The notes beneath the pieces are model-generated. The model was not told the origin of the DNA, did not search any database, and saw nothing but the letters and a program-made list of their open reading frames with translations. Positions 10,173 to 19,685 of a stretch of 64,000 bases of DNA are shown here, piece by piece; within the stretch, counting starts at the first letter, position 1, and every line of letters starts with the position of its first letter. The DNA is taken from positions 18,696-82,695 of the forward strand of contig CAYGTV010000001.1 in the NCBI GenBank assembly GCA_964353135.1, written 5' to 3'. The position numbers and the translations under genes are program-made. This DNA is from an uncultured Candidatus Saccharibacteria bacterium. Its GTDB lineage: Bacteria; Patescibacteriota; Minisyncoccia; Phycocordibacterales; UBA918.

Positions 10173-10319
10173 GCTGAATACTTGCAGAAGTGAAGAAATA
10201 GCGGTTTTCAAATTGAGAGCGTCGGCGGGGATACAGTGCCTATAGAGGTTTGTGAACGTCGGAGCCTGTGAACAATTTGGGAACCGCTATTTCTGTCTTT
10301 GGGTCTGGATATTTTCAGC
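10173..10319. repeat. Long imperfect hairpin element after fba
   Basis: GCTGAA..GAAATAGCGGTT..CAAATTG pairs with CAATTTG..AACCGCTATTTC..TTCAGC. Confidence 0.65.
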
Positions 10320-10343
10320 GTTTGTGCTACAGTAACCGGCATT

Positions 10344-10994
10344 ATGACAACACAAGTAGCAGTAACAGCGCGCGCAGAAGGTACAAACCGTGCAGCGCTA
10401 CCAGCAGGACACATTCCTGCGGTGGTATATGGTCCAAAACAAGACCCAATTTCAATCTCTGTAGAAGAGAAAACTTTTGATAAAATTCGAAAAGAAGCAG
10501 GTGAATCAACCATTCTTGAACTGACTGGGCTAGCAGAGCCGATCGAGGTTCTTATTAAGGATATTGATTTTTCTCCTACTCGAATTGAAATGACACACGT
10601 CGACTTTTTTGCGATCGAGCGAGGAAAAGACATGACAACCCACGTTGCAATTGAACTAGTAGGTGAAGCTCCGGCAGAAAAAAACCACATTGGTTCTATC
10701 ACGAAAGTAATGCAAGAAATCACAGTAACGTGTCGGCCAAGTGTACTACCGTCACACATTGATGTAGATATCTCAGTACTAGTTGCAGCTGATTCTAAGA
10801 TCACTGTGGCTGACCTACCGGCACTCGAAGGAGTGATTTATGACGCTGAACCAGGTGAAACAGTAGTTGTAGTGAGTGTGGCTGACGAAGAAGTCGATGA
10901 AGATTCTGAGGATGTGGATATGGCTGCAATCCCGGTTGAAGGGGGAGACAAAGGAGAAACTGAGGAAGAAAAGAAAGAAGAGGCAGCAGGCTAG
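10344..10994 (+). CDS. rplY: 50S ribosomal protein bL25 (CTC-type, acidic tail)
   Basis: IPAVVYG, HVDF, LPSHIDVDIS, ITVADL; ATG at 10344. Confidence 0.93.
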   Translation: MTTQVAVTARAEGTNRAALPAGHIPAVVYGPKQDPISISVEEKTFDKIRKEAGESTILELTGLAEPIEVLIKDIDFSPTRIEMTHVDFFAIERGKDMTTHVAIELVGEAPAEKNHIGSITKVMQEITVTCRPSVLPSHIDVDISVLVAADSKITVADLPALEGVIYDAEPGETVVVVSVADEEVDEDSEDVDMAAIPVEGGDKGETEEEKKEEAAG

Positions 10995-11008
10995 TCTAAC
11001 TACAAACC

Positions 11009-11053
11009 ACAAAAAGACCGACAATCCACTTGGGCATTTGTCGGTCTTTTTGT
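11009..11053 (+). terminator. Intrinsic terminator after rplY
   Basis: ACAAAAAGACCGACAA...TTGTCGGTCTTTTTGT. Confidence 0.8.
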
Positions 11054-11065
11054 TATACTTGTAGC

Positions 11066-12424
11066 ATGAAGCGCATAGCTGTATTTTTCCTAGTAGTTAT
11101 TTTTCTTGTGCCTCAGACCAGCGTCCTTGCTGAATCAGACGCCGAGAGGCGAGAAAGAATTGAAAACGAATTACAAAACGTTGAGCGACAGATTTTGACG
11201 CAACAGCGCATTGTGGAAGACAAACAGGTTGAGCGTCGATCACTAGAGCGAGACATGGCAATCATTGAAAGCGAGATTACTCAGGCCCAGCTTGGCATCC
11301 AGGCGCGCAACGCAGCCATTGAACAGCTCTCTGATCAGATCGGAGAAAAAGAAGTCGTGCTCGATGTGCTAGAAGAAAAATTGGGTAAGCAACAGGATTC
11401 ATTAGCAGACCTGGTGCGTAAATCTGCCTTGATCGAAGATTATTCATTAGTAGAGGTGATGCTCAGTAGACGAAGTTTCTCTGACTTTTTTACCGACGTA
11501 GCTACGTTTGAAACACTCAAAGATTCGCTAAATGAATCCCTTGATGTGCTGCATGGTATTCGTCGAGATACAATCGACCAGCGTGAGCAGTTATCTGGCA
11601 AGCAGGAAACAGAGGCAGAGATGCGTCGCATCCAAGAACTAGAGAAGCAAAGGATCGAACAAAAAGAGCGTGAAAAAGAACAGGTGCTTACAATCACAAA
11701 AGGCGAAGAGGCTGAGTATCAGGCGCTGCTGAACTCGCAAAAGAAAACTGCAGCGCAACTACGTAGTCAACTCTTTGACCTCCTTGGTGGTGGTGGAGGT
11801 ATTCCGTTTGGACAGGCTGTAGAGCTGGCACAATATGCCCAGCGGGTGACGGGAGTCGAGGCGGCACTCATCCTCGCGATTTTGGAACAAGAGTCTAACC
11901 TGGGAACCAACCTCGGTAGTTGTCTGTTCACCGACAGTACGTCAGCTCGGCCCGTGATGCACCCGACTCGTGACGAACCAGTGTTCTTGGCAATTGCTGA
12001 AATTCTTGGTTTTGATCCAACCACCAGAACTGTGTCATGTCCGATCGTGCAAAATGGTAGTCGAGTTGGGTGGGGTGGGGCGATGGGTCCATCACAATTT
12101 ATCCCGTCTACCTGGGCGGCATACGGTGGGATTGTAAGTGATGGCGCTGGCGGCTTTGTCTACGATCGTAGTTCTGACGCCATTCGGGCCATCAATGGTG
12201 GAGACATCGCCAACCCGTTTAATAATCGTGATGCGTTTATCGCAACGGCGCTACTGATGCGGGACAACGGTGCTCGGGGAACCTATGACAGTGATCGTAC
12301 CGCAGCTTTACGTTACTACGCCGGGTGGGGTGGTGCCAGTAACCCAGCCAATGCATTCTATGGAAACCAAGTAATGCAACGAAAAGCTCGGCTAGCTGAC
12401 GAAATCCAAATCTTGGCAAACTAG
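11066..12424 (+). CDS. Secreted coiled-coil + lytic murein transglycosylase (SLT_2/MltB-like)
   Basis: Signal peptide MKRIAVFF; ~230-aa coiled coil; AILEQES catalytic Glu; GAMGPSQFIPSTW; ALRYY..N.FYG. Confidence 0.85.
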   Translation: MKRIAVFFLVVIFLVPQTSVLAESDAERRERIENELQNVERQILTQQRIVEDKQVERRSLERDMAIIESEITQAQLGIQARNAAIEQLSDQIGEKEVVLDVLEEKLGKQQDSLADLVRKSALIEDYSLVEVMLSRRSFSDFFTDVATFETLKDSLNESLDVLHGIRRDTIDQREQLSGKQETEAEMRRIQELEKQRIEQKEREKEQVLTITKGEEAEYQALLNSQKKTAAQLRSQLFDLLGGGGGIPFGQAVELAQYAQRVTGVEAALILAILEQESNLGTNLGSCLFTDSTSARPVMHPTRDEPVFLAIAEILGFDPTTRTVSCPIVQNGSRVGWGGAMGPSQFIPSTWAAYGGIVSDGAGGFVYDRSSDAIRAINGGDIANPFNNRDAFIATALLMRDNGARGTYDSDRTAALRYYAGWGGASNPANAFYGNQVMQRKARLADEIQILAN

Positions 12425-12430
12425 TATCTA

Positions 12431-12458
12431 TTGCCAAATTAGCTTTATTTGCTATAGT
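12431..12458 (+). promoter_or_regulatory. Sigma70-type promoter of rpmE2
   Basis: TTGCCA-16 nt-TATAGT with TG extension. Confidence 0.65.
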
Positions 12459-12525
12459 TGCGGCACCACGGATTAGGTGTGATCGTTTATTATATTCCTT
12501 TGATCACGCCGAAGTATAAAAACAT

Positions 12526-12789
12526 ATGAAAAAAGATATTCACCCAGAAAACTACCGACAGGTAATCTTCCACGATAACTCATCAAACGAGCGAATTTTA
12601 ATCGGTTCAACTATTGAAACAGATAAAACCGATAAGTGGACAGATGGAAACGAATACCCGCTAGTACAGGTTGATGTAACCAGCGCATCACACCCGTTTT
12701 ACACTGGACAAGAAAAATCACTCGACACCGCAGGACGGGTTGATCGGTTTAAGCAGCGGATGGCAAAAGCTGGAAAAAACAAGGCTTAG
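12526..12789 (+). CDS. rpmE2: 50S ribosomal protein bL31 type B (Zn-free)
   Basis: [31 protein letters not shown]; no cysteines. Confidence 0.97.
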   Translation: MKKDIHPENYRQVIFHDNSSNERILIGSTIETDKTDKWTDGNEYPLVQVDVTSASHPFYTGQEKSLDTAGRVDRFKQRMAKAGKNKA

Positions 12790-12795
12790 CTACTT

Positions 12796-12835
12796 CAAAA
12801 CCGCAGCGGGCACCAGCGTGTCCGCTGCGGTTTTG
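12796..12835 (+). terminator. Intrinsic terminator after rpmE2
   Basis: CAAAACCGCAGCGG...CCGCTGCGGTTTTG. Confidence 0.8.
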
Positions 12836-12855
12836 TGTATACTAAACAAATCATT

Positions 12856-13842
12856 ATGGACTACGATCAAGACAAACTTCAAGAATTCAAGGAAAATCAA
12901 AAAACGCAATTTCTCGCGTCGCAGTTTGAGAGTGAGTTGGTGAAATTAACTGACGCCCAAGAGTTGGCCGATAGTGATCCTGAAATGGCAGAATTAGCCA
13001 AAGAAGAAATCGAGCAGCTGACAAAGCAGCTGCAGGATCAGTTTGATGAAATGGACCGGATTGTCGAAGCAAACAAAGAAGAGGAGAAGAAACCATATGG
13101 TGTTATGCTCGAAGTACGGGCTGGGGCAGGAGGTGACGAGGCGTCACTGTTTGCAGCCGAGCTGGCCGGCATGTATTTAAAATACGCTGAGGTCCAAGGC
13201 TGGCCAACCATCCGCAACAACGTGTCAGCTACCGAAGCTGGTGGGTACAAAGAAGCCTCTTTTGAAATTATGGGTAGCGAAGTCTACGACCACCTGCGAT
13301 ACGAAACCGGTGTGCATCGAGTACAGCGAATCCCAGCAACTGAAAAGCAGGGCCGCATCCACACCTCGACCGCATCAGTGGCTATCCTGCCGATGCGTAA
13401 AAAACCAACCATTCAAATCAACCTGGCTGATATTGATACTGAGTTTTCGAGGGCAGGTGGAGCTGGCGGGCAAAACGTCAACAAGGTGGAAACTGCGGTG
13501 CGGCTCGTGCACCGTCCAACTGGGATTGATGTGCGCAGTGAAAATGACCGCTCACAGCTCAAAAACCGTATCAAAGCGATGGAGCTACTCACCGCCAAAC
13601 TAGAAGCTATATTTGAAGAAGAACAAGCTGCCAAACACGCAGCGGTACGTAAAAACCAAATCGGAACGGGAGACCGAAGTGAAAAAATCCGAACGTACAA
13701 CTTCCCACAAAACCGTATCACCGACCACCGCATCAAAGAGTCATGGCACACGGTCGAGGCAACTCTTGGTGGAAACCTCGGTCCGATCGTAGAAGCGATG
13801 CAGGCTGCTGCAAAAGCGGGTGACGAAGCTGTTGCAGAGTAA
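12856..13842 (+). CDS. prfA: Peptide chain release factor 1
   Basis: [19 protein letters not shown] (PxT), [14 protein letters not shown]; start MDYDQ at 12856. Confidence 0.96.
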   Translation: MDYDQDKLQEFKENQKTQFLASQFESELVKLTDAQELADSDPEMAELAKEEIEQLTKQLQDQFDEMDRIVEANKEEEKKPYGVMLEVRAGAGGDEASLFAAELAGMYLKYAEVQGWPTIRNNVSATEAGGYKEASFEIMGSEVYDHLRYETGVHRVQRIPATEKQGRIHTSTASVAILPMRKKPTIQINLADIDTEFSRAGGAGGQNVNKVETAVRLVHRPTGIDVRSENDRSQLKNRIKAMELLTAKLEAIFEEEQAAKHAAVRKNQIGTGDRSEKIRTYNFPQNRITDHRIKESWHTVEATLGGNLGPIVEAMQAAAKAGDEAVAE

Positions 13843-13866
13843 CCTTATATGTAGTATTGTAGCCGC

Positions 13867-14025
13867 ACTTTGCAGGTAGAACTGCAAGTCTCCAAGCACC
13901 GTAGCTGTCTGTGGCTCGTGTGGCAGGGAGTAGGGAGGGTCTAAGTATCCAAATCCCGCTCAGTCACCTCGATGGATCCACGTATTCTAGCTTTATCAAT
14001 CTAACCGGCAGCTTGGTGAGAATTA
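13867..14025 (+). ncRNA. ssrS: Candidate 6S RNA (compact)
   Basis: Closing stem TCTCCAAGCACCG / CCGGCAGCTTGGTGAGA; unpaired bubble; apical stem GTGG-TCG-GTGGC-GAGT-GGGA-GGGT / ATCC-TCCC-GCTC-GTCAC-CGA-CCAC; TTGCAG-17-TATTGT promoter upstream. Confidence 0.5.
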
Positions 14026-14121
14026 AGACAAAATGGACGCATTTACACTGGTTTCCATTTTGACAAAATTCTATGCTAACAACCCTTTTACGCGCTAGCG
14101 TAAATACAATTAATTTAATTT

Positions 14122-14862
14122 ATGTCAGACAAAAACTTAGTCAGCCGACTATTTGAAGCCGGCGCACACTTTGGCTTTAAAAAAGCTCGACGTCATCCAA
14201 CAGTGACACCATTCCTATACACTACCAAAGAAGGTAGTGATGTTATTGACCTTGCAAAAACTAGTGAAGCACTAGTAGCAGCCAAAGAAATGCTAAAAGA
14301 AGCAGGATCAATGGGCAAGACTGTTCTGTTTGTTGGAACCAAAGATGAGGTTGCAAAAATCGTTAAAAAAGCAGCTGAGAAAGTAGAAGCACCATACGTT
14401 ACCAACCGATGGATTGGTGGAATGCTAACAAACTGGTCAGAAATCAAAAAACGAATCAATCGTCTAGAGACACTAACCAACGAAAAAACAACTGGTGAGT
14501 TAGATCGTAAGTACACCAAGAAAGAGCGGGTAGTTATCGGACGAGAAGCAGCTAAACTAGAATTCAACTTCTTTGGAATTTCAAAAATGGCAAAAATGCC
14601 TGACCTAATGGTAGTAGTAGACCCGCGTCATGATCACATCGCGGTAGCCGAAGCAGTTGAGAAAAACGTACCGGTTATGGCCGTGATGAGTACCGATGGT
14701 GACGCAAGTATGATTGCGTACCCAGTCGTGGCAAACGATGCGTTGCAATCAAGTGTATCGCTAATTGTTGATGAACTAGTTGCAGCTTATGCAGAAGGGA
14801 AATCAGCTTTTGTACCAAAAGAAACTGCCCCAGCCGGCAACACCCGACGTCGAACTGCCTAG
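14122..14862 (+). CDS. rpsB: 30S ribosomal protein uS2
   Basis: LFEAGAHFG, LFVGTK, RWIGGMLTNW, PD....D, AND. Confidence 0.97.
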   Translation: MSDKNLVSRLFEAGAHFGFKKARRHPTVTPFLYTTKEGSDVIDLAKTSEALVAAKEMLKEAGSMGKTVLFVGTKDEVAKIVKKAAEKVEAPYVTNRWIGGMLTNWSEIKKRINRLETLTNEKTTGELDRKYTKKERVVIGREAAKLEFNFFGISKMAKMPDLMVVVDPRHDHIAVAEAVEKNVPVMAVMSTDGDASMIAYPVVANDALQSSVSLIVDELVAAYAEGKSAFVPKETAPAGNTRRRTA

Positions 14863-14914
14863 ATAACTCTGGTATAATCGACCCGACTTACACACAAACT
14901 AATTGCTATTTGCT

Positions 14915-15499
14915 ATGGAAATTAACCCAACCCTACTAAAAGAACTACGAGACAAAACAGGCATCTCTGTGATGCAGTGCAAAAAGGCGCTTGAAGAAGC
15001 AGAAGGTGACATGGATAAAGCAGTCATCATTCTTAAAAAAAGGCGGGCAGAAGCAGCAGACAAGAAGTCTGATCGAGAGCTTGGCGCTGGTGCCGTTGGG
15101 GTATATGTACATAATACCAACGAAGTAGCTGCTATGGTATTGCTTGCCTGCGAAACGGACTTTGTTTCTAAGAATGAAGAGTTTATTGCGTTAGCAAAAG
15201 ACATTGCTATGCATGTTGCAGCCAGTGATCCAAAGTTCATCTCTAAAGATGAGCTCCCAGCCGATGCTACCGAAAAAGCGAAAGAAGTATTTGCGCCTGA
15301 ACTAGAAGGGAAACCAGAAGAGATGAAAGAAAAAATTATGGAAGGGAAACTGGCTTCATACTTTAAGGATCAGATCCTACTAGAGCAAGACTTCATCAAA
15401 AATCCAGAGCACACAATCGGTGAAATGGTAACTGGAGCGATTCAGAAGTTTGGTGAAAACGTATCTATCGCACAGATCTCTCGAGTGTCTGTAAAATAA
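14915..15499 (+). CDS. tsf: Elongation factor Ts (short form)
   Basis: LKELRDKTG..MQCKKAL, CETDFV, AMHVAA, LLEQ.FIK. Confidence 0.97.
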   Translation: MEINPTLLKELRDKTGISVMQCKKALEEAEGDMDKAVIILKKRRAEAADKKSDRELGAGAVGVYVHNTNEVAAMVLLACETDFVSKNEEFIALAKDIAMHVAASDPKFISKDELPADATEKAKEVFAPELEGKPEEMKEKIMEGKLASYFKDQILLEQDFIKNPEHTIGEMVTGAIQKFGENVSIAQISRVSVK

Positions 15500-15503
15500 C
15501 GTC

Positions 15504-15899
15504 ATGCTACTGATCCCGGTCAGTGTATTTGCCTCAGCTGCAGTTCTATTGACTGTGGCTTTGGTAGTCGTGAGTCGCGAGCAGCGGCGCAACGATCGAC
15601 TATTTTTAGGTCGACTGCGAAACTGGCTAGATCGGGTGTGCGAATCTACAGCAAGAAGTGCAAGGGGGTTTGTTCATGTGATCGCGATTTCAGTGATGTA
15701 TCTAGTTCATCATTTTCGCTCAGCCTTGTCCAAGGCTATTGCGCCCCGACCACGGCGCCCAAAAAAGCAGCCTGATCGATTGCAGTTTGAAAAAACTGAC
15801 AACCACCTTAGCTCAATGCACGAACATAAAAGTGATACCGCACTCACTCCAGCCCAAAAGAAAAAACTGCGCAACCAGAAACTAGAAGAAAGATTATAG
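15504..15899 (+). CDS. Hypothetical basic membrane protein
   Basis: N-terminal TM, second hydrophobic segment, Lys/Arg-rich tail; tightly packed after tsf. Confidence 0.65.
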   Translation: MLLIPVSVFASAAVLLTVALVVVSREQRRNDRLFLGRLRNWLDRVCESTARSARGFVHVIAISVMYLVHHFRSALSKAIAPRPRRPKKQPDRLQFEKTDNHLSSMHEHKSDTALTPAQKKKLRNQKLEERL

Positions 15900-15924
15900 G
15901 CGCCCACGCGTCATAAAAATAACT

Positions 15925-17700
15925 ATGCAAACAGAAAACTACTCTGGAGATATTCCACGTACGCCGCTGCGGTTTATTGCGTACTTATCCAAGCCTTCAA
16001 AATGGTGGGCTATTACTTCGTTTGTAACTGCCGTTGCGGCTCAGTTGCTTGAAGTAGTAGCGCTATACGTTGTTGCTCGGTTTGTTGATGCATTTTCTGT
16101 CGCACAAGGAGTTACTGCGCAGCTAGATGCTTTCTACTATTGGGGTCTTGTCTTTTTGGGTGTGATTGTTGTCGAGCGAGCCCTATGGAGAGTTTCTGGT
16201 TTTACAGGAATCAAGTGGTTAGTTGAGATGAATGCCAATGGCTATAACACTTTATTTGAATATACTGTTTCGCATAGTCATAATTATTTTGCGAGTCGTT
16301 TTGCCGGTTCAATTTCAAACAAGGTTTCAAATGCGGTTGATGGTGCAACACGTCTGTTGGAGCGGCTGCTATGGGGGATGATTCCGCAGATCATTTCTCT
16401 GGTAATTGGTATCTATGTTTTCTTTACTGTTCATTGGTTAATGGGGGTTGGCTTTTTAACCTTCCTGGTGTTGGTGTTTATATTCAATGTTAAATTTACT
16501 TTGTGGCGTCGACCATACGTGGTTGATTATTCTCGTTCATCATCAAAAATGCGAGGAGAAGGGGTTGATCTGATGTCAAACATTTCCGCTGTTCGACAAT
16601 ATGCACACCGCGATAACGAACTAAGTCGTATCGCACTAGCAATTGAAGAGAGGGCTAGAAAAGATAAAAAGCAGTGGTTTCTGGGTGACTGGTTGATGGT
16701 GATCAACACGGTCTTTGGTCTGCTTGTCACAGCTGCAATTTTATACGGTACGTATGTAATGGTTGGGCAAAATGCAATAACGACAGGAACAGTAGTTCTG
16801 ATCCTAACGATTCTTGGGCGGGTTGGCTACGCCTTTACCCATATAGGCAACATGCTCAATAACTTTATTCGCTTATATGGTGAATCTGAAGAAGGCCTTG
16901 ATAGTATTTTGGTCGATCATGAAATTGTTGATACGTCTAATGCTAAACAGTTGGTGGCTGGTGGGGGAGCGATCGAATTTAGTGACACCTCGTTCTCGTA
17001 TGAAAAGAAGACTATCTTTGATGCCCTCAACATTAAAATCGAGCCCGGGCAGAGAATCGGGTTAGTGGGCCCCTCTGGTGCTGGGAAGTCGACACTAGTG
17101 TCACTGCTGCTTCGACAGCATGATATTGATGCAGGGGCGATTTTGATCGATGGCCAAAACATCGCTGAGGTGACTCAGGATTCACTGCGACAAAGCATTG
17201 CTCTAGTTCCACAAGAACCGATGCTGTTCCATCGCACCATTCGGGAAAACATCATGTATGGGAAACCAGACGCAACTGATGAAGAGATGGTGCAAGCAGC
17301 AGAACGTGCGCAAGCACGAGAATTTATCGAAGTCCTACCAAAAGGGTACGACACGCTGGTGGGAGAGCGGGGAGTGAAGCTCTCTGGTGGGCAAAAACAA
17401 CGAGTAGCGATTGCGCGAGCAATGTTAAAAGAAGCTCCTATTCTGGTGCTTGATGAGGCGACTAGTGCGCTTGATAGTGAAAGTGAGGTAGCGATCCAAA
17501 AAGCCTTAGAAACACTCATGGAAGGCAAGACAGTGATTGCGGTCGCACACCGATTGTCGACACTGCGCAAGATGGATCGTATCTTGGTAATCGACAATGG
17601 TCAGATTGTCGAAGACGGCACACATGACTCGCTCGCTGATGCTGGTGGCATGTATTCTAAACTGTGGGCGCACCAGGCTGGGGGATTTCTGCAGGAGTAG
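15925..17700 (+). CDS. ABC exporter, fused TMD + ATPase (MdlB/MsbA-like)
   Basis: Six TM segments; GPSGAGKST, LSGGQKQR, ILVLDEATSALD, AHRLST. Confidence 0.95.
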   Translation: MQTENYSGDIPRTPLRFIAYLSKPSKWWAITSFVTAVAAQLLEVVALYVVARFVDAFSVAQGVTAQLDAFYYWGLVFLGVIVVERALWRVSGFTGIKWLVEMNANGYNTLFEYTVSHSHNYFASRFAGSISNKVSNAVDGATRLLERLLWGMIPQIISLVIGIYVFFTVHWLMGVGFLTFLVLVFIFNVKFTLWRRPYVVDYSRSSSKMRGEGVDLMSNISAVRQYAHRDNELSRIALAIEERARKDKKQWFLGDWLMVINTVFGLLVTAAILYGTYVMVGQNAITTGTVVLILTILGRVGYAFTHIGNMLNNFIRLYGESEEGLDSILVDHEIVDTSNAKQLVAGGGAIEFSDTSFSYEKKTIFDALNIKIEPGQRIGLVGPSGAGKSTLVSLLLRQHDIDAGAILIDGQNIAEVTQDSLRQSIALVPQEPMLFHRTIRENIMYGKPDATDEEMVQAAERAQAREFIEVLPKGYDTLVGERGVKLSGGQKQRVAIARAMLKEAPILVLDEATSALDSESEVAIQKALETLMEGKTVIAVAHRLSTLRKMDRILVIDNGQIVEDGTHDSLADAGGMYSKLWAHQAGGFLQE

Positions 17701-17774
17701 GTTCCAGCACCTGTATGCAAAGCATACACAGTGGCCTCACTCGATAATAAACACGCTTGATCACAGATCAAGCT

Positions 17775-17836
17775 AAACTAAAAGAAAAACTGCCAGAATT
17801 ACACTTATGTAATTCTGGCAGTTTTTCTTTTAGTTT
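17775..17836. terminator. 29-bp perfect inverted repeat, likely bidirectional terminator
   Basis: AAACTAAAAGAAAAACTGCCAGAATTACA-CTTA-exact reverse complement; lies between convergent ABC gene and tRNA. Confidence 0.85.
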
Positions 17837-17871
17837 CTCGCCATTGGCTCGATTTACTATCCTCGTATCGG

Positions 17872-17944
17872 AGCCACCTGTCAGGCTCGAACTGACGACC
17901 TACGCGTTACAAATGCGTTGCTCTACCAACTGAGCTAAGGTGGC
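17872..17944 (-). tRNA. tRNA-Thr (anticodon UGU)
   Basis: Minus strand GCCACCT TAGCTCAGTTGGTAGAGC A ACGCA TT TGT AA CGCGT AGGTC GTCAG TTCGAGC CTGAC AGGTGGC T; followed by CCG, so full CCA is not encoded. Confidence 0.97.
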
Positions 17945-17981
17945 GTATTAAACTGTATATTCTCTTCAGATCTTGTAAGCT

Positions 17982-18006
17982 TCTACCAACTGCAGCTGCC
18001 GGTGGC
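17982..18006 (-). repeat. Degenerate copy of the tRNA-Thr 5' end
   Basis: TCTACCAACTGCAGCTGCCGGTGGC versus TCTACCAACTGAGCTAAGGTGGC in the tRNA. Confidence 0.7.
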
Positions 18007-18122
18007 GCATTTCTGGTACGCGCCATTATGACCAAAAACAGCAAAAAATGCAACTGGGTACATTGAATTGCGGGTAAAACCCTTTATTTTCTAGCAAAAC
18101 AACGCTATACTCGACATTACTC

Positions 18123-19676
18123 ATGAGCGAAGACTCTCATCTATTGCCATATGCTCGTCGTGCTGATTTTAAAGTCGCTCGGGCAACTGAACTAACGGGT
18201 CGCGACCGTCGGTTTTATCGGTTCCTAGAAATTGTCCCTGGGGTGGCTGCCTGGGGGACATTGATCGGGATAGTGTGGGCATCGATCTATGCGTCCTTTT
18301 TTGCGGCGTACTTCATCATTGCCTTTGCTATCTATTGGGTTTTGAAAACCATCTTTCTGTCCTACCACGTACGGTATAACTGGAAACGCCTCAAACATCA
18401 CATGGAATTGGACTGGGGTGTATTGGTTTCTCGATTTGAATATGATGAATATCATCACTTAGTGATCTTTCCATTTTATGAAGAGCCTTATGAAGTGCTC
18501 GAGGGTGCCATGAAAGGTTTAATAGAAGCCAACTATGATCCGCAAAAACTGATTGTTGTCCTGGCAGCAGAGGGTCGAGTCGGTGCATCAGCTATAGAAA
18601 AAGCAGATCGAATCGCAGCCGAGTTTGGTTCCAAATTTGGAAACTTCCTAGTATCGGTGCATCCCCAAGACACCCCTGGAGAGATCGCTGGAAAAGGTTC
18701 AAATGTGCATTATGCTTTACATCAGGTACATAACAAAGTAATTGCCCCACAACACATCTCACATAAAAACATCCTTGTATCTATTTTTGATGTCGATACA
18801 GTCATTTACCCAGATTACTTCAACTGTCTAATTTGGCATTTTATGACCGCCGAGAATCCATACAAAAGTGCGTTCCAGCCAGTACCGTTGTTCACAAACA
18901 ACCTATGGGAAGCTTCTGCCGTATCGCGTGTGATGGCGATGTCTAGTACATTTTGGCAAATGATCATGCAAGAGCGACCAGACAAAGCCGCAACGTTCTC
19001 GTCGCACTCAGTTAGTTACCAGGCACTGTATGAGATCGGGTATGGCCAAGCCAACGTAGTGAGTGAGGACTCGCGCATCTACTGGAACCTACTTTTGGCC
19101 AACGATGGGTATTTTGACGTGGTGTCACTGTCGTACCCGATTGCGATGGATGCAACCACAGCAGCAAGCACGTGGGGAACAATTAAAAATATCTATAAGC
19201 AGCATCGTCGCTGGACGTACGGGGTAGAGAACTGGTGCTACTTGGTGTATCACTTCTCTAAACACAAGGCGATCCCGTTGCGACGTCGCTGGTCCATCGC
19301 TCTACAGCAAGGGGAAGGGTATTGGTCACTAGTAACCAACCCAATCATGCTGTTTATTTTGGGCTGGACGCCGATTTTCCTCGGGTCACGAGAATTCCAT
19401 GAAACCGTACTATCGTACGAGTTACCAATCATGGTTCGTAACCTACTGACTGTAGCCATGCTCGGTTTAGTTTTTTCTTCAATTATTTCACTGTCACTTA
19501 CTCCGCCGCGGCCTGAGGGATACAGCCGGTTCCGCTACGTCGTAATGGCGCTGCAGTGGATTATGGTTCCAATCACGATGATTGTGTTTAGTGCGATCCC
19601 TGGGCTCGATGCCCAGACTCGCTTGATGCTCGGTCGATATATGGGATTTTGGGTCACACCTAAACGGTTACAATAG
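18123..19676 (+). CDS. Membrane-integrated processive family 2 glycosyltransferase
   Basis: N- and C-terminal TM helices; AGKGSN, FDVD, SED, QHRRW (QxxRW). Confidence 0.85.
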   Translation: MSEDSHLLPYARRADFKVARATELTGRDRRFYRFLEIVPGVAAWGTLIGIVWASIYASFFAAYFIIAFAIYWVLKTIFLSYHVRYNWKRLKHHMELDWGVLVSRFEYDEYHHLVIFPFYEEPYEVLEGAMKGLIEANYDPQKLIVVLAAEGRVGASAIEKADRIAAEFGSKFGNFLVSVHPQDTPGEIAGKGSNVHYALHQVHNKVIAPQHISHKNILVSIFDVDTVIYPDYFNCLIWHFMTAENPYKSAFQPVPLFTNNLWEASAVSRVMAMSSTFWQMIMQERPDKAATFSSHSVSYQALYEIGYGQANVVSEDSRIYWNLLLANDGYFDVVSLSYPIAMDATTAASTWGTIKNIYKQHRRWTYGVENWCYLVYHFSKHKAIPLRRRWSIALQQGEGYWSLVTNPIMLFILGWTPIFLGSREFHETVLSYELPIMVRNLLTVAMLGLVFSSIISLSLTPPRPEGYSRFRYVVMALQWIMVPITMIVFSAIPGLDAQTRLMLGRYMGFWVTPKRLQ

Positions 19677-19685
19677 TAAATACAT

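Noticed and set aside
17945-18006. Second tRNA gene
   Set aside because: Only the acceptor 5' strand and D-arm are similar; no anticodon arm or T-arm
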